Shown here one piece after another: positions 24,000 through 34,900 of a stretch of DNA of 64,000 bases. How positions within the stretch are numbered: position 1 is the stretch's first letter; every line of letters begins with the position of its first letter. The notes under the pieces were generated by a model that was given only the letters and a program-made list of their open reading frames with translations, was not told where the DNA came from and did not search any database. The translations under genes were made by a program, and so were the position numbers. The stretch is from Lepidodermella squamata (taxonomy: Eukaryota > Animalia > Gastrotricha): assembly GCA_047495785.1 (NCBI GenBank), contig JBLDXI010000054.1, forward strand, positions 2,232,001 through 2,296,000, given 5' to 3'.

Positions 24000-26900
24000 C
24001 CGAAACCGACCGATTTTAATCTGCGGGCTTGTTAAGGTAAGAGTTTTCTCATTTGTTTTTGTTTCCAATCCAAATCTTGGCAAATTTTGTTTTTGACGTA
24101 ATAAAGATTTACTGTAAGATCTCTGTAAACTACAAATAGAGTATCGGAAGGAAATTAACCATTTACGAAATTTTCTAATTCACCCATCGTGGCAATATAA
24201 TTTCTGGAGAAATAGAGATAAACCTCACCTCACAGAGGAAACCTAGCCTTGAATCTTTTTAATTGAACCCAGTCGCTAAAGCCCTGATCAATTCGATGGT
24301 AGAAATGGCAAAGCGAAGAGCAATTTATTTCTTGACGCAGATTGTAAAGTCTGAAGCTTATGTTGAGTTTAAGTAGCCAACTGAGAAAAACAATGGATTA
24401 AAACTTGAGACTTGAGAGAAACTATTTATATAAAACTGCGCCCTTCAGAGAGTCGGGTAGAGCGTCAATCGCGTTAAGATTCTTGAAATTTGCTGCAATC
24501 GTAACATCTTAAGCAAGCTGTTCGCAGGATTGAGCCGCTCTCCGGGCAGCGTCGTGGTAGGTGGAGATGCTGAATACGCGCTCAATCTCGGAAAACGAGG
24601 CCGGGAATGAGAAGGCCATTTGCGCCGATTGCGAAACCAGTGGATAGCTTGCGGCGTTTTTCCGCCTCCATTCGTACACCGGCTCGCAGTGGCCCCAGGA
24701 AATCCCCTTTCCACAAAATCATCCGCTGGCGGGACCAGCTCGTTCATTCTAGGTCAAGAGGTGCAGTGTAACCTTGAAATTATCCAATTCGTCAGTAGAA
24801 ACCGAGCTACAACAAATTTACAAGTTTGCAATAGAGCAATGGAATACTTGATTTCAAACGTTCAACGACTAATTGACCGACTATAGGCCAAGCATGAACA
24901 GTGTCCGGTTAGAAGGGAGACAGCACCAGTTTGTCCGCTGTGTTCACTAGTTACAAGGCAAGTGTTATTTGACTGGTCCAACTCGTAGCTGAAACTGGGT
25001 CGTATCGACCTCTAATATAGGACACAAATCGCAGCTTTGAATGCTAACATCCCTTTCGACTATCGGGCTCATTAACACGAGGCTTGATTGCTATGCAAAT
25101 ACGATTTCAAAAGGAGAAATAAGGCGTGTCCTCTTACATTTCCTGAAGTTGATAACGTCTTTCAAATCGAAAGAGGAAAATGACAAATAAGGATTAACAG
25201 TGCATCAGTGCAAATGAGTTCAGAATGCGTGTTGTAGTCAGCGATATCGATATTTTGCAACAGCGGCAGCGGTAAAAAAAATAAGCACGAGAAAATGATC
25301 GGAATGTAGCTGTTAAAATTCGCACATTTTCTTGGGCATTGACGAAATCGCAATTCAAAATGTCGTTGGTCCCGAAAGCCCTATCCGAATTCGATACGGT
25401 CAATGATTTGCAAATGGTAGCCATGAAGCCTACTTGGTCGTTGGATAAAAAGGCTACTGTCGGGGTGGATTTCTAAAGCTACGAGCAAAGTGCCGTGAAA
25501 GGCTTCGCCAATACGAGATGGGCGGTCGAGTCGGAATTCGTGAGGCGGTTAGAATTTGATTTCAAAATTGACATCGATTGCGCCTTTGAGGGCTGTGAAT
25601 TATGCTCGATCTAAATTGAATTTGTTAGCATTTCTATCCAAAAAATGAAGGTTTAATTACTTTTGCGTCAAACTTTCAACCGATGACTTCATTTCTTCCT
25701 TCGTCCGGCGTTCGCAGTGACGAATTTCTGCTTGTTAATTTGCCGGGTCTTCCTGTGATAATTTTTCACGCTAACTTCAAGCGCGAGGTAGTCAATGCTC
25801 TCATTTAAGGCGGTTTGATAACTTTCTCCATCTACATCGAACATCAATACTTCATTGCATTTGAGCGGAATTTTTCGGATGAGTTCTTTCTCGTGGTGCA
25901 GAATGATCGATAGCGTCATGGCGTCGAAATAAACAGGGTCCACGCGGCCGTCATGGCAAATGGGTTACAAGGCCTTCTGCATGAAGGAAATTCGGCTTCT
26001 CAGACGTGCGTAGCGAGTCGCATCTGTGCTAAAAAGTAAGCACTTCGAAGAGCTCCTGTGAATGTTTTTGAATGAACCGCCTCGTCCTGTGAATGAACCG
26101 CCTCGTCAGATTTTTGTGCTTTCCGCATTCTATTTCGCTGATTGCTCTAACGAGGACAAAGCAACCAGCGGCGGAGGGCTAACAATGCGCGAGTAAGACG
26201 GAGGGGAAAGCTCAGACGCCAATTGGGTTTTGACGCAAAAAAGTTCTGGGGCTCGGCGAATGCAAACAATGTTGGATCCACGTGCTTTGCCGTTCGGCTG
26301 CAATATCTTCAGCATAATTGAGTTCTATTTTTTCACCACAGAGTCGAGGTCTTTGCTGGTCAGATTATCGGCGGCAACGACATTTGAGTGGTTTTGCGAC
26401 ATAATTACGCTGATGAACGGTAATTACGGCTTTTGAAAGGCTTTGCGCTGGCTATAGTGGCGCGTAAAAGCAGAAGAGAATTATATAAATCGATGTGCTA
26501 GTTGTAATTCACCGTGGTCTTCGTCTTGAGATGCTGAGGCAATCCGTTGAGGAGGCGAGCCATGGTAGGGTGACGAGCGCCGCCTTAGCCACATCGAACT
26601 TGGCTGAAAAGCTGCTCGAGAGGGTCAAGCGAATGATTGCCAATTGGGGCGAGGTTGTTTTTTCGCGTGCCGAGGAAGCTGTAACAAGAATTTATGAGGA
26701 AGTAAATTGAATGAAATCGTAGGCGGATGGGCTTTTCAGGAGAAACGAAAGAGCTATCGTCGTGTACAAATCGGAATATCTAGAATAACAACGCAAACAA
26801 TTAGTTGTTAGTTCGCATTCGAAAAAGCAAGCGACGAAAAAGGATTAAAAGGATTAAAACGACCTTCTGGTTCTCGTGCTTGTCCACGTTCATCACCACG

Positions 26901-27230
26901 TGTGCCCAACACATCTGCTGCGCCATGCCTACCCGACCGGCACGTGGTCGCGGTCCAGGTCGCCCGCCGGAAAACTCAAGAAAATAAGTACTTGGTTCCA
27001 ATTTCGAGATTTTGTTCCAATTTCGATTAATAAAATACGTTGTGGCACTTCAACTTGATAGAGAGCGAATTCACTCATTTAGTTCACGCTTTTCGTTTCA
27101 AGTGGCATATGGCGTGTTAAAGTGGCGTTTTAAGGATTAAGTGACGATTTCATTTTATGTGACAGTTTCCAGATTTAAGTGACGCAATCAATTATGGCGA
27201 AGTGTTTCAATAATTCCTAAATGTTTAAAT
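24000..27230 (-). mobile_element. ~3.2 kb degraded insertion splitting copy E; carries RPA1-like OB-fold fragments (possible Helitron derivative)
   Basis: Lies between the two halves of copy E. Minus-strand fragments at 25160-25430 resemble the RPA70 C-terminal domain. Tandem duplication tgaatgaaccgcctcgtc at ~26070-26107; repeated aagtg(g/a)c near the right end. Ends not resolved. Confidence 0.4.
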
Positions 27231-27236
27231 TTTTAG

Positions 27237-27372
27237 GTCGATCTGCCAAACAATGAAAACAGACCAAAAGTTGCTGCTGGAATGTGGTCGTTGGGGAATA
27301 GCTCAATATTGCTCGGAAGAATGCCAGGAAAAAGATTGGATCGATCACCAGTCAAATTGCGCTGAGTCATTA
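27237..27372 (+). pseudogene. LRR-MYND copy E, 3' relic (degenerate MYND)
   Basis: LLECGRWGIAQYCSEECQEKDWIDHQSNCAES; one zinc-binding Cys has become Trp. Confidence 0.7.
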
Positions 27373-27555
27373 GGTGATTTATCCACCATCTGGCAGATGC
27401 GATTAGCGATTCAGGGGCTATACAATTTGTCGGAAAAAGGCCTTATCGTGTTGAAAATGTTTGCCACACCTTGAAATCAATCTGACTTGAACAGTGTTAT
27501 GTAAGTAATCGAAATATCTACCTACATTATTTTCATTTAATAGTCGATTTTTCAA

Positions 27556-28611
27556 ATGGTTGAGGAAGATGATGAGGCAAATTGGGAGGACGTTTCTGAC
27601 GATGAAAGTGATGTTACTCCATCGAAACCCATCGAATCGTTTCCCAAAAATTTGACCGAACTGGACCTGGATGAAGATACCGGCGCATCCCAGCGAATTC
27701 TCGAATATATCGCTGAAAATTTCCCGAATTTGAAGAAATTAAAATGGGAGATAAATTACGACGACGACCTTCCCAAGTTGTATTTTCAAAACTGCACGTT
27801 TCCGAAGCTCGAATCAATTTCGCTGAATTGTGTCCAGTTGAATACGATTCATTTCGAAAAGGACAATTATCCCCGTTTGAAATTTATTGAACTCGAAAAT
27901 GCGAGTCATGTCGAATATTTTCGCCTCGATTTGCCATCCCTGGAGATGCTTTCCATTCAATACTCAGAAATCGAAGATGGAACTGGTTTCGGCCCGTCGA
28001 TATCGCGTTGTACGAGTTTGAAATCGTTTTACAGCTACAAATTGTGGGGCCTTGAACGTGGCATTCACAAGCTGTATATGCCTGAATGCAAAAATGTGTG
28101 CATCTATCGTTCGGATACACTGGTTGCTGTCGAGTTTTATGCGCCGAAATTGACCACTCTAAGCCTTCAAGCTTGCTACTGTAGGTTTCCAATTTGATTG
28201 ACAATATTAAATCTACCTTAACTGAGAGTTCTCCTGTTATTTCCCAATATATGGCTATTATAAAAAAATTTGGAAATTTTAAATTTTAAATTAAATTTAT
28301 TAATTTTTTCCTTAGCTTTAAATCGCGTTCGCTTGCTCGAAGAGCCATTTGGGCGCTCCGTTTTGTGTTTTTGTTGCAAGAAAGAAGAGACTGATGAAAA
28401 CCCGCTGAAGAAATGTAGTCGCTGCAGAACTGCTCAATACTGCTCGATTGATTGCCAGAAAAAAGACTGGATGGCTCACAAATCGATGTGTGGCAAATCG
28501 CTCACTGTCAATTTGATTAATGCCAGCATTGATTCTGAGTCAGTAAAACAACTGAAACAACATCCTCGAGTAAAACGAATTTGTCGAAATCCAGAATCGG
28601 TTTATGACTAA
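27556..28611 (+). CDS. LRR-like/zf-MYND protein, copy F (exons 27556-28180, 28316-28611)
   Basis: Acidic N-terminus, LRR block, canonical MYND CFCC...CSRCRTAQYCSIDCQKKDWMAHKSMC. Confidence 0.88.
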
Positions 28612-29779
28612 GCCCGTTTTCATCTCCATACCTCCCGGCATTCATCCTTTTAATTTTAATTTTAATTTTCGATTATGATTCAGTTTTTACCTCGTGTACT
28701 TCGTGGCATGAAATGCATCGTGGAGTTTCGTTTTGGGAGGGACGGTTTGTTGTTTAATAATTTCATGAATCTCTCGCGTTCAGTTTTCAAGTATTTTGCA
28801 ATTTTTGTATCTTTTTGTTTAAAATTTAAATGTTTGCTTCTTCATAAATTAAGGCGTTGTTATTTCAAACCCTATTTCTTGTCTTTTAACCGCCTTAATT
28901 CTAATTGTCCTGAGTTTTTATGCCTCATAGTTTTTTGTTATTTCCTAATAGTTGTAATTTAATCGTCGAAATGAGCTACGAACTAAAAGCGAAAAACACG
29001 TGAGACGATTTTGGAACGAGAGCGACGGTAGTTGTGTCGAAAGTAGTGACGATTTTCGTCACGAAACTACGAAGCCGCTAAAAATTGCTCCGATGTTCTG
29101 TGCTGGTTGAAAGAGGTTGATCTACAAGCGTGCCATGGTAAGATTTCATGATATCAACATTTTTATACCTATAGGTATTATCTTGGTAAAAAATGAAGCT
29201 ATTTTATAGAATAATTCGAAGTGAAACCTAATAAACTATTTTATAATATAACCAGCAATCTGCCTCAAAAGTCATCACAATCTAAAAGCAGCCAACTACG
29301 TTAACATTAGCATAAGAGCCGATCTGAATGGCCAGTGGTGTGAGGATGCATCAAACGGGATTTGATGCAGTTGTCTAGTTGGGGCATAATCTTGGTATCA
29401 GAGGCGCCTTTAACCCACGGCATGGAGGACCATGATCATGAACTATGCTAGAGATGGGTTTAAAGTGGCGCATCGTATTCAAAGATTCGATCATTCTTCG
29501 GCCAACGCCTATCCCGGGGTTTTTTTTAAGGTGGGATTTGATGTAGTTCATGTTTTGTGTATTTGCAGCACAGAGGTTTTTTTCGTACCATTCTTTTCAT
29601 AATATTTCTGTGACTTGCGATATCCGGCACGCTAAAGCAAATCGTAAAACGCCTTGATTAAGTCAAACGCAAGCAGAAACATCAATCAAATTTTTCTTTA
29701 CTACTTTTCTCACCTCGCGCCTAAGCGCGGTTTAAAGCATCGAAGAAACCTAAGGGCGGTTCAAAGTTGTGACAATGAC

Positions 29780-31140
29780 AGTCAGCAACTGCTTGATCTC
29801 TTCAAGGAGTTTCTCGACATTCGAGTTAGCCCCGGTGTAGGGGGCGGAGGCGGCAGCGGCTGCTGCTGCTGACCAACTGGGGCCGGTGGCGGGGTCGGCG
29901 GCTCCAGGAATGGTGTAGTCGGAGGTAGCCGTTTAGCCGTCCCAGGCGTATGGTTGCCTTTGTAATTTGCGAGCGCCGCCTTAACCATCGAACATTGGGT
30001 AAACCTGTGCCCATGTTTCTGACACGCCGTACACCTATATAGTAAGTTAACAAATAAGACCCGGAGATTGGGAACATTTAAACACTTACAAAACCATTCG
30101 AGCGGAGGTTTGTTGGACCGATCCAAGTGCAAAATTTTATCGCCTAATTGATGACAACAACATCAAGTCCCAGTCGGGTACTACGGGTTCGGCGTTAGCA
30201 ATCTAAGATACGACTATTAGTTGGGCATAGTACAACTATAGGCTGCTGCTGTCCAGCGGCGGCGGCGGCTGGTGCTGGTGCTGAAATGCTACCGCCGGCG
30301 GCTCCAGGAACGGTGTAGTGGAAGGAAGCTGTTTAGCGGTCCGAGGCCATAAACTGAAAACGGAACTATAAACGTTCGAAAAATCACGAAAAGATGAAAA
30401 GTTAGAGAGCATGGTTAAGTGTCAGTCCATACTGTCAGTCCGCGCAGATAGCTAAAAACTCGAAGATCTGGCTTTTGCGATTTGTTGGTCATAAGGATTT
30501 AGCATACGGAACAGCGGACTTCTTTTTGGTCAAGGTTGCAAGGAGTCAAGGAGCACGTGGAGTTGGTAAAAAATGACCGCAGCGCATTTGAAGGTCCCAT
30601 CTACGAACGATCTCGTCGATTGAGCCATTATTACTAAACCGCAGTCGGTGAAGTAGACGACAAAAGGTCCTGGAACTTTGATACCTATCCCGAATCGAAA
30701 TAATTGCTTTCGAGTATTGAATCGATACAATTTAACCTTAGGTTCGCCAGTGCCGAGTTGTTCGAACCATTTCACGTGTCTCGTTCCAAAACAAATTTGA
30801 GCTGGGTAGCTTGCTAAGGCAATGATTGCATTGTTCTCTTATTTCAACATCGCGAGGCCACACAACACAGTAACCGTCGAATAATTCGGCGGTCTCAACC
30901 GCATCAATCGTTGGATGTGCGCGAGCGGTGATAGAAAAATGGGACATGACCTCGACGAACAGGGTATCTTTGTTCGGTTCGCAGTGATGTGCGTGAAATC
31001 TTTGTAGCCACTCAACATAAATGTCGCTGTTAGTGTAGCTTGAATCGGACAGCCTCGCTTTTTCTTGGACCTAACCTTCGGATCGGTCCATTTGCCCTTG
31101 AAAGTTATTTCTGGATGCATGAACTCACCTGCGGCATTTC
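29780..31140 (-). mobile_element. Degraded Mutator-like (MULE) transposase relic with downstream CCHC knuckle
   Basis: SFVDGTFKCAAVIFYQLHVL matches the MULE domain D-G-T-F...F-Y-Q-L motif. CTACQKHGHRFTQC is a CX2CX4HX4C knuckle. Frameshifted; ~50-bp direct repeat at 29897-29948 and 30297-30348. Confidence 0.7.
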
Positions 31141-31983
31141 AAGCCCCTAAAACAGTGATGTTTGCGGCCAAGACGAGCCGAGTCAATCGCATCTTTTCCA
31201 TCGAAAATCTGAAAACACAAAAAAATCCTGTTAATTAGCCAAAAAGAGGCGGACCGACGAGTAGCCAACAAATATATAAATGTTCTAGTAAAGCGAAGGT
31301 AAAGTTTAATTAAGGTGTTGGCCGAGGTTAAGGTGTTAACGAGCGATCTAGCGGCAAAGCAGGTATAAGTAGAAAATACGAGAAATTGTTATAAAAGAAT
31401 AAAAGAAAAAAGAAATTTAACAAAATTATACGAGAGGGGCGGCGCACGCGACCGCGAATCGCGTTTTCAATGGAGCGTGGCGGGACTACAACCTGTCACC
31501 GCCACAATTTCGAAATTATATAAAATTTGGAAAAAAAATTATATAAAGAAACCGGTTTCCAATACAATTTTGTTAATTTTTTATTAACACTTTTTAATTT
31601 TTAGCCTGAAGCATCTTCTCGTGCTCGGAGACCTGTTCGATAGCCCAACTTCGTGTTTCCATTGTAACATGGAAGAAACCGACAACTGCCACGCGAATTG
31701 AAAATGCGTCTAGAAAACGACAATGGCCATGAGTGCACATGTGGCAAAAGACTGGCTTTGCACCTGGCTTTTGCGGACATTGTGCTGCGTCGATGAATCA
31801 AGTGAATTGAAAACGCGAGTCAGCGAAATCCTCCGTGATTGTGAATTTTTTTATGATTTATGAAAGTATCGATTTCGATATTTCGAATTTATTTTTGACC
31901 TGAAAATAAATGAAAATAAATAATGAAAATTGTTATTTTTAGCCATATTTTACTTGATTAATAGGCTAAATTTTGCTTTTAAA

Positions 31984-34900
31984 ATGAGCAAACAAGCGAA
32001 GAGAAACAAGTTGAGTGACGTCTCTGGTGACGAAAGCGACGAGGGCAGTGATGAGAGCGAAAATTCTCCCTCAAAACCAACGGAATCAATTGAAAGCTAC
32101 CCGAAAGATCTGACTGAACTCGATATGGACAACTCAACCGGTGTTACCCAAGAATCGCTGGAATACGCGGCTGAGAATTTCAAAAATCTAAAAGTACTCA
32201 ATACCGGCATGGATTATGACGACGAAGCGCCGAAACTGACGTTCCAACACTTGTCATTCCCGAAATTGGAATCAATTTCTTTAGAGGGCGTTGGTGTAAC
32301 TGGGGTTCATTTCGAAAAAGACAATTATCCGTGTTTAAAATCGATTTCATTGGATAATATTGACGGCGATGTAGCCTATCTACGCCTTGACTTGCCGACC
32401 CTAGAATCGTTTTCCGCTCAACACGTCACGATTGAAGATAGCAATGATTTCGGGTCGTCCCTTTCGCGTTGTGTGAATCTCGAATATTTCGATTGCTACA
32501 AATTGTGGGGCCTGTCGTCGGCTAACTGCCACAAGTTGTACCTGCCTAATTGCTCACAGCTGGGTTTGTATCGGTCGGATGACCTTCGCGGCTTGGAAAT
32601 CTACGCGCCGAAATTGGAACATCTCAATCTTCAAGCTTGTTATGGTATAAAATTATATATTTTTTAATCTTAATCTTTTAATTAACTTTTTAATTTAATT
32701 TAATTAAGGGTGTCTCATTAGTAAGTGAGCCATAGACAGTACTGGGAGTAAAAAATATCTTAAAATCAGGGCGATTTCTTATTTTATAATTTGAGGGTAT
32801 GTATCTGGCCAAAGCCAATCAGGATTTATCGCCCATGATGCCACACAACTTGCATCTATGGCTAAATAAAGGGGTCTTCCTGTTACCGGAACCAAATTTA
32901 CAGTGAGCGGAACCAAATTTTAGAATTTTCTAGTGGCCTGAAACCGCTTTTTGGATATTTATTGCATGTCAAAATTGGCCCCAATTATTCTAGAAAATTC
33001 GCCAGTGCATTCAGCGCAACATTCTCTATAAGACGCAGTGTTCAATTCAGAATTCATGCTTAGCCTAAAATTCTTAGAAATATTCAAAAAATGACTCTTG
33101 GCATATTTCGAGTTTGGTTCCGCAAAAAGCAAATTTGGTTCCGCTACAGCATATTTGGTTCCGATAGAGCAAAGGACGAGGGTCGGTTATAGGCTAAGTC
33201 GGCCTACGGTGCAAATGGCTATTTCCAGTTTATTTATTTTTTAATTTTATAATTTTTCATAAAAAAGCGTGTTCTTCGAAAAAAATCCATCGCATCCTTT
33301 CTCTTTAATCAACTTTTTAAATTCTTATTGCCGGTGTTTTTGGATACGAACAGATAAGTCATCAAATAAAGACGTGTAGGCCGCCACGATGCAGTAAATT
33401 TTGTTGTCGTATTAACAATACCAAGCATCCTTTTCAAGGATGGGCTTATATATTTTTGTTGGAAAGCATGCAGCATGATTGTCTTCGACTTAGCAAACTG
33501 TCTTAGACTTGGCGCACGGGCCTTGTGACTAATACCACGAATAATACCACAAGGCACGGGCGCCCAGGGCGCGTTCGAATGCGCGCGCGCGGGGGTAGGC
33601 TATAATTATCTTGGTATGTTGCGTAATAAGCCCCAACCAATAGGAGCGCGCGCGCGGAGGAAACACCGGCGGGCCGGAAAATGTGCAATATTTTTAGATC
33701 AAAATGAGCGTCTCAACGAGAAGAATCTTATTATGCAAGAAAAAAATTAGGAAGTCAGGTCTGCTGGGGGTCAAATAGAGAAAAAACCGATTTGCGAAAA
33801 TCGCATGTTTTTCATTGAAATTTGAGGTTTTCCCAGTCATTTGACCTTGACATGAATTAATTTTTTTTATTTTTGAATTGGATTCCAAATAAGCTATATA
33901 TTTCAGTCTACCTAATAGCATGTTGAAATAAATAAATTTTTTGCCGCAGGAACACGCTAATGAATTTGATGAGTTTTGAGTCATGCGACCGGTTTTAACG
34001 TGAAATAGTATCAACTTTACCGAATTTTGTACCCGCTACCTGAGCGTTTCACCGCACCCGGATTTTTTCTATGATATATGACAGTCATTTCTTAATTATT
34101 AAAATTAGTTTTAAACAATTTTACACCTGGGGCGGATTTTACCTACTAACCGGTCCTCGTTCTTTGGTTCCGCTCACCGAAAACTTGGTTCCGCTAAAAG
34201 ATATTCCCCTAAATAATAGTGAGCTATTGCTGGAACACTGGGACACTGGAATCAACCGGAATACCTTGAAAAGCAATTTATTTATCATGGAACAAACTGA
34301 ATAATTACCATCAACTTCTTGAAAACCGGTACTTCGTCAAATTATCAAATTATTATTCCTTATTCCTTTCATTCCTCGACTTTCGTGATAGTCCACTCGC
34401 CACAAATGGCTGGACCAATCACCTTTGTTTTGCAGGCTGAATTTATAGCATGGGGTTACTTGTATTTGATGGAGAAAAGTGAACTTGACCTCTTTCCTTG
34501 CAGATTAGTTTCACAATCTTTTCATTGCGATACCGCACTATCATGTTGCAATGTTGATTAGCTACTATCGCATTGGCGATTCGAAGCCTTACAGCTTGAA
34601 CCAGTTCACCGCGGCTCGCGAAGCAGGCTTTTGAAGACATAATTACAACGATAAAACAGAAATGCAACGATAATTCAACTTCAGATGTTCAAATGTTGAG
34701 GTTCTTCACGTTTTTTCGAACGAATGCGAATTCATGTGGAAAATTTCGGCTAATGACAGACCTTCACTGAGAAACTTAGAATAAAGCTCAGCGATTCAGG
34801 GAAAATGAATAATGAAAAGCATTGAAACCTAGATAACTGGGCTTGACAGTGTAGAAATAATCCCATGGAGCGGTAGCCGTTTGAGCGGCGATTTCTTTTT

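Noticed and set aside
33570-33660. GCGCGCGC tracts (also ~11219 and ~51558) as regulatory or Z-DNA elements
   Set aside because: Short, in unrelated contexts, with no supporting evidence of function.
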